From: a virus
Length of the DNA stretch: 42,839 nt
Virus record (IMG/VR): IMGVR_UViG_3300045988_131422
Reading direction: 5' to 3' (one strand)
Positions 10,900 through 19,491 of the stretch are shown one piece after another (position 1 is the stretch's first letter; the number at the start of each line of letters is the position of its first letter). A model generated the notes under the pieces. It ran no database searches, was not told the DNA's origin, and was given only the letters and a program-made list of their open reading frames with translations. A program made the position numbers and the translations under genes.

Positions 10900-11636
10900 T
10901 TATCCCTCCTTTTTATTTATGAACTCTGCCAACTTATCAAACTTGCTTTGTTTCTTTATCCCCATGACACGATCCAACTCTTTCTGATAGTCAAAGAACT
11001 TGCTAAATTTCGTGTATACCATTCTCTGTTTCTTGCCTACTTGCTTTTTAGCCTGTGCAGTCATATTTAGGTACGCTTGCAAATGCAGATAATACTGATC
11101 ATCCACCATTTGTAGCTCTTTGGCCTTCATTAAAAGACGATATTCGTAAGGGGTAAGATTATTTACCTGATCCAAACTTTTGAAGTCTAGATATCTAAAA
11201 CAAGTCAAAGCGACACGCTCATACATTTCATCAAATGTTTCGTCTATTTCTTCTCTTCTTTCTCTTCTTTCTCTTCTTTCTGCATGCTCGTCATCAGTGA
11301 TTTCACTTCTTTCTTGCACGCATTCGCTTGAGATAAAAAATTGATTACGTCCTCAAAAACTTTGTCGATATCTTCTACATCTTCTAAATATCTTTCAATG
11401 TATGCTTTATTTAAACGTGGTGTTTGCCCAATATTCATACAGAAGATACAATCGACTAATGCATCAATATCTCCATCCATGATGCTTGCGACCATAAACT
11501 TCAAACCTACTTCTTTTTTGTTTTTAGTGTTTGGTACATCTACAGTCACTCTTTTATTGACTTCATGTAAAAATCCAAACCCTGCTACTAGTTGATATGT
11601 TTCACCATTTACTTCAATTTCCATGTTTTTACTCAT
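10900..11636 (-). CDS. Tail assembly chaperone G-T fusion made by a -1 programmed frameshift
   Basis: The -1 frame is open from the slippery site to stop 10900. Standard position between major tail and TMP. Confidence 0.7.
11244..11636 (-). CDS. Tail assembly chaperone G (130 aa)
   Basis: Position between major tail and TMP. Overlaps the downstream -1 frame ORF. Confidence 0.75.
   Translation of the reverse strand: MSKNMEIEVNGETYQLVAGFGFLHEVNKRVTVDVPNTKNKKEVGLKFMVASIMDGDIDALVDCIFCMNIGQTPRLNKAYIERYLEDVEDIDKVFEDVINFLSQANACKKEVKSLMTSMQKEEKEEKEEKK
11334..11340 (-). promoter_or_regulatory. Slippery heptamer T_TTT_TTA for the -1 frameshift
   Basis: Zero-frame codons AAT TTT TTA (N F L). The -1 frame reads TTT TTT ATC TCA AGC GAA TGC GTG... 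without a stop. Confidence 0.7.
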
Positions 11637-11660
11637 TTAAAGTCCTCACTTTCTAAACAC

Positions 11661-11688
11661 AAATATAAAAGGGGCAATCTCAGCCCCT
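11661..11688 (-). terminator. Intrinsic terminator/attenuator after the major tail gene
   Basis: - strand AGGGGC-TGAGATT-GCCCCT followed by TTTATATTT. Confidence 0.6.
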
Positions 11689-11698
11689 CATGCGTTTA

Positions 11699-12235
11699 TT
11701 ACGCTTCCTTAGTTACATCCTTATAAACGTAAGATGCTACTTCCTGTTGCTCTTTTGTGACTGTTGCATATCCATCTGCACCATTTCCATTTGCTCCGAA
11801 TGTTAAATCAACTTCAACAACTCCTTCTGCTTCTGATGAAATTGAGCATTCAGTCAAATATCCTTGGTAGTATTTAGATTTAAACTTACCGACATTTGTT
11901 TCAGTTCCTTCTTCTGCTAGGTTTACTTCCCAACATTCGACTAACTTATCTGCCAACATAGCTTTCTCTAATTTGTCGATAATCGCATCACCTTTTGCTA
12001 AAACAGATGTTGATGTAATTTCAATTTCTGCCACTGATGGTGTACGAATAGTTCCATCTTTTGTAGCAGTTGTATCTGCATCTTTTGTTACGTTTCGTTC
12101 GTTTTCTGTTGGGAATGCAATTGCACTAGCATCTTCTTTTTTTGAATCTTCTGCAACTCTGAAAAGATAGATCAACTGTTTACCTGCAACTGATTCTTTC
12201 ATTGCTTCTGCGAACATTTGTAAATCAAATTTCAT
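11699..12235 (-). CDS. Major tail (tube) protein (178 aa) with L27-like leader
   Basis: Position and size. N-terminus MKFDLQMFAEAMK. SD AGGAGG. Confidence 0.7.
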   Translation of the reverse strand: MKFDLQMFAEAMKESVAGKQLIYLFRVAEDSKKEDASAIAFPTENERNVTKDADTTATKDGTIRTPSVAEIEITSTSVLAKGDAIIDKLEKAMLADKLVECWEVNLAEEGTETNVGKFKSKYYQGYLTECSISSEAEGVVEVDLTFGANGNGADGYATVTKEQQEVASYVYKDVTKEA

Positions 12236-12645
12236 TATTTTATTCCTCCTGTGATTCTAAAATCCAACTCTAGAACACCATGCATCAATGGTGCTCCTGT
12301 ACTTGAATCCGATAATATCCGTTGGTTGATATTTTGGATCATAAAAGCAAAGTTGTTTGTGTGGTTGATTTGTCTAACCACTTTCTTAATGGTTTGCATA
12401 ATTTCAGACAATTCTCCACGCTTCCTAGGATTGTTGTGCCAAACATCCACAACCTGCGTGATAGTGCCTAGAATCATTGTTTTATTTCCGTAATCGTCCA
12501 CTAGTTGACTTGAACCAATGTATACATATGGATATGGTGTCCCTTCACTTGGAAGAAACGTGTCATATACATTAACGCCTTTACTTTTTAACGCTTTTTC
12601 TAATTGCACTTTTAGTGCAATGAATAACTCTTGTTGTGAATCCAT
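12235..12645 (-). CDS. Tail terminator / tail completion protein (136 aa)
   Basis: Synteny (immediately before major tail) and size. Weak motif memory only. Confidence 0.5.
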   Translation of the reverse strand: MDSQQELFIALKVQLEKALKSKGVNVYDTFLPSEGTPYPYVYIGSSQLVDDYGNKTMILGTITQVVDVWHNNPRKRGELSEIMQTIKKVVRQINHTNNFAFMIQNINQRILSDSSTGAPLMHGVLELDFRITGGIK

Positions 12646-12653
12646 TACATCAC

Positions 12654-13001
12654 CTACTTAACTAGTTTTTTCATGTCTGACTTGAATATTGGTACTTGTT
12701 GTTTAAACGCAGGCCTAACAAAAGGTTGTGCATCCATAAAACGTGTTCCAAATTCAACATAAGGTGCATAATGTGTAGATGGTCCTTCTGCATATGTGAA
12801 TCCGCCATCACGTGTTTCACCTCTGATACTTCTTTTCGTAGTGCCTGTTGAATACCCTTTTGTAAATACTGCATTTTTAACAGTTTTATTTTGCATATCC
12901 ATTCCATTCTTCAAAACAACTGTTTTCACATCTTCCAAAGAACAATTCTTTTTGAGCTTCTTCTGCAGTTTATCTAATCCTCTTATTTCAACTTTTGCCA
13001 T
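12654..13001 (-). CDS. HK97 gp10-like head-tail joining protein (115 aa)
   Basis: Motifs YAPYVEFGT and AQPFVRPAF. Synteny. Confidence 0.65.
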   Translation of the reverse strand: MAKVEIRGLDKLQKKLKKNCSLEDVKTVVLKNGMDMQNKTVKNAVFTKGYSTGTTKRSIRGETRDGGFTYAEGPSTHYAPYVEFGTRFMDAQPFVRPAFKQQVPIFKSDMKKLVK

Positions 13002-13003
13002 AT

Positions 13004-13306
13004 CTACTGCACCTCAGACAGAATAAAAGACTCCTTTGTCCGGAGTCTTCGTGAGTAATCTACTTTGTATTTCTTTGTACCGATTCTAATATGATCAAAT
13101 GGCTTTTGATAGATGTTCTGTATATGACAAGTAAGGCTACCTTGTCTGATTTGCCCGTATACCTGCATCATAGTTTCAGTTCTTGTATCCATTACGGAAG
13201 CCATCACCATTTCTTCTACAGGCGAATCATCTTCATAGTTGCCTGTATTCTCGTTATAAGAGCCTTGCACAAATCTTTGAAAGTAAATAGGTTTATCGTA
13301 CCTCAT
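13004..13306 (-). CDS. Head closure / head-tail adaptor (100 aa)
   Basis: Synteny and size. Confidence 0.5.
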   Translation of the reverse strand: MRYDKPIYFQRFVQGSYNENTGNYEDDSPVEEMVMASVMDTRTETMMQVYGQIRQGSLTCHIQNIYQKPFDHIRIGTKKYKVDYSRRLRTKESFILSEVQ

Positions 13307-13638
13307 AAGAATCGTACCTTCCCTTTATTTTGATTGGCTTGCTCATCTCTCCAAGATTGAATCTCAGAAGAGAAAGAAGAGAAGTCATCATCATTAAATG
13401 ACATTGACTCCCCTTCAACTGAATGCGTTTGAACACCTTCAGAACCAATCCTATTAAAGCGTTTGATAGACACTTCTGTAATGATATATTCGAGTTCATC
13501 CGGTATGATTTTTACGCTTAGAAGCGCTTTAAGTCGACCTTCCGTAAGTCTTACAATGGTCTCTAGCTTTTCATCATCAGTTTGCAAACCAAGAAGCAGT
13601 TTTACATCATTTAATACGGTTGTTGTCGACATCTTCAA
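13303..13638 (-). CDS. gp6-like head-tail connector (111 aa)
   Basis: First gene after capsid. N-terminal LNDVKLLLGL..DDEKL pattern typical of this family. Confidence 0.55.
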   Translation of the reverse strand: MKMSTTTVLNDVKLLLGLQTDDEKLETIVRLTEGRLKALLSVKIIPDELEYIITEVSIKRFNRIGSEGVQTHSVEGESMSFNDDDFSSFSSEIQSWRDEQANQNKGKVRFL

Positions 13639-13642
13639 TCAC

Positions 13643-14848
13643 CTATGCCTTTAAATCAACAACTACATCGCCTTTTGATACTGCTTTGTAGTTTCTGTCA
13701 CATTCAACTACTGTGCAATGATTAGATTCTGCTGCTTTGATATCTGCTCCTTCTTCGAAGTTCTTCCAAGATTTTACATCTGTACCATATTTCACTGCTT
13801 CTTCAGAAGCTCCTACCTTGAATTTGAATTTGTTATTCATAGATTGCAACTGTTCGCCAACTGCTACTTTTGTAGTTCCTGTTTCTTCGCCTTTAGAAGC
13901 CGTTAATGTTAAATTACGCAATGTCTGAGTATCAGAACCACCTACTGCAAAGTGTGCAATTGCATCTTGGTATTCACACATTAAACGTAATCCCATGATA
14001 GCGAACATATCAGAAATAGCACGATCATAGTTCCCTTCTACATGGAATCCTAAGAAGCCAGTAGTACTGTCAGTAGTATATGAAAGTCCTGCTTTAACAA
14101 ATTCAGAATCGCTTGGATCTACATAATATGCAATGATGTTGTTCATTGGAGTAGCCACTACTGTTTTTTCTGCAACTCGGTCTGTTAAAAATACAATATC
14201 TGCTCCTAAGAAGTTCTTAATGTATGTTAAACCGAATGCAGTCTGCATAGATACATTAGCTTCTCCTAAATAGCGGTAAGCATCCAAAGTATTTACGAAT
14301 ACAACAATACCAGTGGTATTTCGTTTCATTTGTTGGAATTTGTGTTTAACATTACCGATTGCCATTGCGATAGCCATTTGCCAAGTCGCTTCATGTCCTA
14401 CTAAGCTACCTGAATTTAATTGAGCATATAAGCGATCAGTGATGTTATCTTGCAAATCAATACGGAACTGTTCGTCAGTATCAGATACTGCAGCTTCATA
14501 TCCTTTCTCTGCAATTGCTTCAATAGGAACGGCTTTACGGAATTTCTCGATTTGAATTGTATCGAACACTTCTTCTTCAACTTTGTATTCGCTTAATGGA
14601 ATTGATTCGCCTTCTGCTACATGTCCGTCCCGTAATGTTCCTGTTACTTTCTTTGTTTTCAAAACAGAACCGTTTGCTTTACGAATTGGACGAATAATTC
14701 CTAATACGTCCAATAAAGCTTGGATGTTCTTTCCAAAACTAGTAACAAAATCAATTTCGTGTGCTCTAACTTGGATGTCGCCTGTTCCTGTTAATCCTGT
14801 AGGTGCTGCAAACATTTGCAAGTTCATACCTTTATAAATTTTTTTCAT
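13643..14848 (-). CDS. Major capsid protein (401 aa) with L27-like leader
   Basis: Follows scaffold. N-terminus MKKIYKGMNLQMFAAPTG. C-terminal ~90 aa looks like an Ig-like add-on. Good SD. Confidence 0.8.
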   Translation of the reverse strand: MKKIYKGMNLQMFAAPTGLTGTGDIQVRAHEIDFVTSFGKNIQALLDVLGIIRPIRKANGSVLKTKKVTGTLRDGHVAEGESIPLSEYKVEEEVFDTIQIEKFRKAVPIEAIAEKGYEAAVSDTDEQFRIDLQDNITDRLYAQLNSGSLVGHEATWQMAIAMAIGNVKHKFQQMKRNTTGIVVFVNTLDAYRYLGEANVSMQTAFGLTYIKNFLGADIVFLTDRVAEKTVVATPMNNIIAYYVDPSDSEFVKAGLSYTTDSTTGFLGFHVEGNYDRAISDMFAIMGLRLMCEYQDAIAHFAVGGSDTQTLRNLTLTASKGEETGTTKVAVGEQLQSMNNKFKFKVGASEEAVKYGTDVKSWKNFEEGADIKAAESNHCTVVECDRNYKAVSKGDVVVDLKA

Positions 14849-14870
14849 ATGTTAGTTCTCCTTTTTCTAT

Positions 14871-15491
14871 TTACTGGAATAAATCCATATTTTCCGCAAT
14901 CATACGTTGTCTTTCCATTGGATCAGTGATATTCAAGATTGATTCACGAGTTACCCCTTTGTTTGAACCACCACGTTTGGGACCGTTGCCTTTCAGTTTT
15001 TCTTTAACTGCTTTTTCTACTTCAGATTCAAACATCTTAACAAATGCATCAACCGCTTCCTTTGTTTTATCTGCATCTTTATTAACCAGAACAGATAAAA
15101 GGTCATCACCAACGTTAATATTGTGCTCTGTGCACATTTTGCGTGCTTCATTTGTCATTTCTGCAATCGCATTTTTTGCTTTCAATTCATCCAACTCTTT
15201 TTGTACCTTGTCACGTTCTGCTTCTGCTCGTTCTCGAACATTCATGTCGGCTAAGCGCTTAGCTTCTGCTTTTTCTTTTTCTTGATCTGCTTTCCAACGT
15301 GCAAACCTTTTATCAAGAATCGCATTCAAATCTTCATCTGAATACTTTTTTTCAGATGCTTTGTTTTTTTCTTGGTTGTCTTGTCCTTCAGTTGATTGAG
15401 CATTTTTTGTTTCTGTACCCTCGTTTTCACCTGTAGTTTCATCTGCAAAAAGTTGTAAGCAAAAAGGTAGTCTGTCATTGAATTTTTTCAT
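14871..15491 (-). CDS. Scaffolding protein (206 aa) with L27-like leader
   Basis: Charged coiled coil, KKYSDEDLNAILDKRFARWK (DUF4355-like). N-terminus MKKFNDRLPFCLQLFADETTG. Confidence 0.75.
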   Translation of the reverse strand: MKKFNDRLPFCLQLFADETTGENEGTETKNAQSTEGQDNQEKNKASEKKYSDEDLNAILDKRFARWKADQEKEKAEAKRLADMNVRERAEAERDKVQKELDELKAKNAIAEMTNEARKMCTEHNINVGDDLLSVLVNKDADKTKEAVDAFVKMFESEVEKAVKEKLKGNGPKRGGSNKGVTRESILNITDPMERQRMIAENMDLFQ

Positions 15492-15551
15492 ATATATTTC
15501 CTCCTATTTTTCTGACTTTGCTTGTCATTTCCCATATCTTTTTAAGGCATA

Positions 15552-15637
15552 AATGCTTGGCCTATAACCCATACAGTTTAACGACGTGAATGCTTGGTCT
15601 ATAACCCATACAGTTTAACGACGTGAATGCTTGGTCT
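15552..15637. repeat. Tandem 37-bp direct repeat, 2.3 copies
   Basis: AATGCTTGG(C/T)CTATAACCCATACAGTTTAACGACGTG at 15552..15588 and 15589..15625, partial third copy to 15637. Lies in a 283-bp non-coding gap. Confidence 0.9.
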
Positions 15638-15684
15638 TGTTTGGTAATGTGGATATGTAGACTTTATAAGTCTTGGCTTTTCCA

Positions 15685-15721
15685 CAAAAAATGCACCGTT
15701 GATTACGTACTTCAACGATGC
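15685..15721 (-). terminator. Intrinsic terminator after prp
   Basis: - strand GCAUCGUUGA-AGUACGUAA-UCAACGGUGC then AUUUUUUG. Confidence 0.7.
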
Positions 15722-15774
15722 ATTCTAGCCATTGATCATAATATTGTCTTTCGACACGCTCCAAATATTTGTGA

Positions 15775-16083
15775 TTACACATCTCTCAGTTCCACACATT
15801 CAGAATACGCTTCTTCTGTGCCTTTGCATCCAACTCTGAAGAAATTAATTGCTAATTCTCCAGCAAGATCTAATCCTGAGATATACAACGTCTTGCTATC
15901 TTTATCAGGTTCGTAATATCTGCAAAGTGCATCGGATGTTTCGTCGATTGAATTGGCCAATGTCAAAAACAGTACTGAGATAGCGCTGCAGACGATATCC
16001 TTTCCTATCGGAGCGTAACGAGCATGGCCATGTACTTCAATCAGGCAATCACTTTCTGTCTGTTTAATCTTAATTTTTATCAC
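15775..16083 (-). CDS. prp: Prp-like (DUF464) cysteine protease (102 aa)
   Basis: VHGHARYAPIGKDIVCSAIS His/Cys context. GTG start overlapping the upstream stop (GTGA) with AGGTGA SD. Substrate-like leaders on three structural proteins. Confidence 0.7.
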   Translation of the reverse strand: MIKIKIKQTESDCLIEVHGHARYAPIGKDIVCSAISVLFLTLANSIDETSDALCRYYEPDKDSKTLYISGLDLAGELAINFFRVGCKGTEEAYSECVELRDV

Positions 16084-16331
16084 ATAATATCACCTGTTTC
16101 ATTTGTCTTTTTTAACTTAATAGTTCTTTCAGAGAGAAAACTAGATGTAACTTGCACTTTTGGAAGCCAGTTGTTATCAGGATTTAAATTCATTTCTATC
16201 TTTAAATCTGTCAGAAAATCATATTGATCCACGATATCATCTGCATGGTCAATAATACTTTGAGCTGCTTCTTTTATGTGCTTCTTAATTTGTTCTGATC
16301 TATCTTCACCACGTGTAAACAAGTAATCCAT
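16080..16331 (-). CDS. Hypothetical protein (83 aa)
   Basis: Start refined to ATG 16331 (GGGAG SD 7 nt upstream). The track start 16412 is a TTG overlapping the upstream small ORF. Confidence 0.5.
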   Translation of the reverse strand: MDYLFTRGEDRSEQIKKHIKEAAQSIIDHADDIVDQYDFLTDLKIEMNLNPDNNWLPKVQVTSSFLSERTIKLKKTNETGDIM

Positions 16332-16404
16332 TGTATCACTCCCTTGCATAATAAAAGGCCACTCGTTTTGAGTGACCTGATTTATATTTTCTTTATAGTG
16401 AATG

Positions 16405-16563
16405 CTATTCAAATCGATTTTTTAAAGCTTTTTCTAGACTGATTTTTGTTTTTTCAAAAATTTCCATTTCTTTATCAGTTAACTGCACGCCTTCTTTAAT
16501 TTTGATACTTCCAGTGCAGAAAGTCACTTTTTCTTCGATTTCTTTTGGTAAAAAAAACAACAT
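16405..16563 (-). CDS. Small ORF (52 aa) translationally coupled to MuF; below the track cutoff
   Basis: ATG 16563 overlaps the MuF stop (TAATG). Translation: MLFFLPKEIEEKVTFCTGSIKIKEGVQLTDKEMEIFEKTKISLEKALKNRFE*. Confidence 0.45.
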   Translation of the reverse strand: MLFFLPKEIEEKVTFCTGSIKIKEGVQLTDKEMEIFEKTKISLEKALKNRFE

Positions 16564-18161
16564 TAGTGACCCCTCCATTCTTTGTCTACTAAATACTTTA
16601 TTTTTTTAGCTAACCTTGATGTCCCACCAGAGCAAGCCTCTGCAATTGCCTCAGAAGCTTTCAACCTAGCATAAAGACAAATCTCTTTCTCTATTACACT
16701 ATCATTATATGATAAATCACATTCTTTACAAGCTTTTTTCAGCAATAACCTCGAATAGTAATCCTGTTCAATGTAATCAAATGCTTTTTTCTGTTGTTTT
16801 TCTATAGCATACTTCCACTCTAAAAAATGTATGCATTCGTGTGTTAGATAATCCTCGATAGAACTCTTTTTAGTAAATACAGATGGGCAATTAGATAATA
16901 AATCGTTTAATTTTTTAGAATTACTAAAAAGGTTTTTATTTAATCGTAAGGTTGTTTCTAATTTTCTATTAATAACAGCAGAAGCAAGCTCAGAATCTTC
17001 CATTTTATCCGAAAACTCGATTTTCTTTATAAATTCTCTCATTTCCGGATATTCTTTAAACACATTATGCAATGCCTGGTCTACTTTTTTCTGTGTTTTC
17101 TTATTGATCGTTTCTGAATGATAAGTAGGTATGCCATATATATTTTTATTTCTAATTGCCAAGTTTCTCGTAACTTCTTGTTCTTTCCACTCGTCAAACC
17201 TTAGGTCATGGTCTCCATTCGCTAATCCATTTAGCCATTTTTCATACTCCTTACGGTCTGAATGTGGTGCCGTTGCACAATGACAATTCGGATGTAAAGG
17301 TGGAGCGTTTTCTCCTATTCCCATATCTTTAAGTTTAAAGACCTTGCCATCCATTTCTTTACATAATGGACATACGTCTTTTAATCCGCACGCCACATAT
17401 TCATACTCATCGATTCCGTTAGCTTCGTAAGATTCTGCCTGTGCTTGTGTTTGAATTCGTGCAATTTCTGTTCGCAACAATCTTTCTGCATTGCATCTTG
17501 ATACATCGAACTTTTTACGAATGAGTGGAATAAATTCTCTAGGATTCTTGCCTTGAATCAATGCATTGGATAGAACACTGGATAAACTGTTTTTTAGTTG
17601 GTCTTGATTGACCCAAATTCGTTCTGAAAAGGTTGCGTTCTTAAAAGATGAATCTGCTACTGCTTTGGCCGTCTTCGCATTGTCAATCACTGTATCGCCT
17701 AAGATAGAAGCATTACGTTTGATCTCTTCTAAATAGGCTCCTTCTAGCTTATCACCAGTATACGACTTCAATTCGTCATGGCCTGCCACAAGCTCTAATC
17801 CAATGTTTGCTTTTAAAAGTTCGAATCGGTTGACTTTCATTGCTAAGTTATAAAGTCTCATCTGTTCATTGGCTTCATCCGAAAAGTTCTTTTCCTTTAC
17901 ATACTTCTTAGCTTTTCTTTGATATGCTTTGATATCTATGTTAGAAGCCTTCTTTTTGGCTTCCGACATTGTTATACCTTCTTTTGATGCATAGCGAGTA
18001 AAAAAGGATTCGATTTCCTTTTCAACCGAATCCATCATATTTGCATATATTTCTTGTATCTCATCCGCATATTGCTTTTCATCTTTTAAGCGTTTCTTTT
18101 TCCATTCAAGCTCACGATCTCGCCAATATGTTTTACTGCTCATTGTATTGCGAATCCTCAT
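16563..18161 (-). CDS. MuF / SPP1 gp7-like head morphogenesis protein with ~225-aa C-terminal extension carrying HExxH
   Basis: CPLCKEMDGKVF..APPLHPNCHCATAP (MuF core). Extension contains THECIHFLEW (16827..16841). The start may instead be ATG 18143. Confidence 0.75.
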   Translation of the reverse strand: MRIRNTMSSKTYWRDRELEWKKKRLKDEKQYADEIQEIYANMMDSVEKEIESFFTRYASKEGITMSEAKKKASNIDIKAYQRKAKKYVKEKNFSDEANEQMRLYNLAMKVNRFELLKANIGLELVAGHDELKSYTGDKLEGAYLEEIKRNASILGDTVIDNAKTAKAVADSSFKNATFSERIWVNQDQLKNSLSSVLSNALIQGKNPREFIPLIRKKFDVSRCNAERLLRTEIARIQTQAQAESYEANGIDEYEYVACGLKDVCPLCKEMDGKVFKLKDMGIGENAPPLHPNCHCATAPHSDRKEYEKWLNGLANGDHDLRFDEWKEQEVTRNLAIRNKNIYGIPTYHSETINKKTQKKVDQALHNVFKEYPEMREFIKKIEFSDKMEDSELASAVINRKLETTLRLNKNLFSNSKKLNDLLSNCPSVFTKKSSIEDYLTHECIHFLEWKYAIEKQQKKAFDYIEQDYYSRLLLKKACKECDLSYNDSVIEKEICLYARLKASEAIAEACSGGTSRLAKKIKYLVDKEWRGH

Positions 18162-19491
18162 TATTTTGGAAGATTCGGTTTTCAGTTTCTACCATATCAT
18201 TCTCATCTTCCTTTTTTATACGCTCCATTTCGGCATTCGTATCCTCAACTGCCGAGATAAACGACAACTGAGTTTCATGAGACACGATTCCTGATAATTG
18301 TGCAACAGTCTGTGCTTCTTCTAATAAGTTTGCAGGATAATTTTGTGTAAACTTGTATTCAACCTCAAGCCAGTCATTCTCAGAACGATGCGTGATCGCA
18401 TTACTAAATAAGACTCGATATCTACGATTCATTCCAGACGTGAACTTACGCTCTTTTGCTTTTGCCAGGTTCGACATAGAAAGAAGCTTATATCTCAGCG
18501 CAATACCTGATGACGTTCCAAAGTTCTCATCATTAATATTGGCCACCATTGAGTTTTGGAAGATTAAACGTTCTAATCTGTTGATTAGATTTTCCTGTGT
18601 TGCATCTGCATTTGGTTTTGACATGAAGTCAACTACAATTCCGTCACCACTTCCATCCATTGACTCAAAGTTAATTGTTCGATTATCACGAATGTGTACT
18701 AAATCAGACTCTTCTAATTTTGGACCTAAGATTTTTAAATAGGCATCTGCGAAATAATCAACATCATTTGCTTTTTCTGACATTGCTTTGTTATAGGCGT
18801 TAATCAAACTGTAAGTTGATTCAAAAATAGACATACGCTCTTCATTTTCAATAAATTCAGTGGCCGGAATATCGTTGAACCCATGCTCTACTCCATCAAA
18901 TACATGAAGGCCGCCTTTATCATTGAATTCATACTTATATGTTTTATCATAGATATATCCACGCATTACTTCATCAACAATGTGATATGTTACAAAATAT
19001 CTAGGCTTCTGAACTGTTGATTCATCATAAACCATGAAACCTTCTCTTGGATCTAAATAAGTGATTCCTAGATTTCCATAATCGTCATTGAAATACAATT
19101 CATATCCTTTGCCAAAAACACTACAAATCTTAGATAATTCTGCATTGTTATCGTCTTGATCATTGTATTTATCTAGCATGTTGATGTAATCGTCAATTTC
19201 CTTTTTCTTAGAAGATACCTTGATTGGAACACCAATAAAAAAACCGTTGAATGTATCAACAATGTATTTCGCAAAGTTGACCACCACACGGTTATCAGGT
19301 TTATAGGTTTCTTTGTTGGCTTGATGCAAAATTGGATAATCTCCAATATAGGCATCATATAGTTTTTTATATCTGTCAGTTATTAACGACTTATGACTTG
19401 TTATCAATCTATTCAACACTTCAATGTTAAGGATGTCTTTGTCGTCAGATAGCTTAAATATCATATCCGGTTTAATAATGTATGCGTTCAT
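18133..19491 (-). CDS. Portal protein, SPP1 gp6-like (452 aa)
   Basis: Follows TerL. Size. PDNRVVVNFAKYIVDTFNGFFIG motif region. Confidence 0.85.
   Translation of the reverse strand: MNAYIIKPDMIFKLSDDKDILNIEVLNRLITSHKSLITDRYKKLYDAYIGDYPILHQANKETYKPDNRVVVNFAKYIVDTFNGFFIGVPIKVSSKKKEIDDYINMLDKYNDQDDNNAELSKICSVFGKGYELYFNDDYGNLGITYLDPREGFMVYDESTVQKPRYFVTYHIVDEVMRGYIYDKTYKYEFNDKGGLHVFDGVEHGFNDIPATEFIENEERMSIFESTYSLINAYNKAMSEKANDVDYFADAYLKILGPKLEESDLVHIRDNRTINFESMDGSGDGIVVDFMSKPNADATQENLINRLERLIFQNSMVANINDENFGTSSGIALRYKLLSMSNLAKAKERKFTSGMNRRYRVLFSNAITHRSENDWLEVEYKFTQNYPANLLEEAQTVAQLSGIVSHETQLSFISAVEDTNAEMERIKKEDENDMVETENRIFQNNEDSQYNEQ

Noticed and set aside
14803-15285. Long + strand ORFs antisense to well-supported - strand genes (this one; also 9567..9917, 29472..29930, 38192..38566 on the opposite strand of int, and many shorter ones)
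   Set aside because: They have no SD and give Ser/Phe/Leu-rich low-complexity translations typical of the antisense frame of AT-rich coding DNA. They lie entirely inside genes with strong functional motifs.
15552-15637. CRISPR array
   Set aside because: The repeats are directly tandem with no spacers, there are only 2.3 copies, and there are no cas genes.
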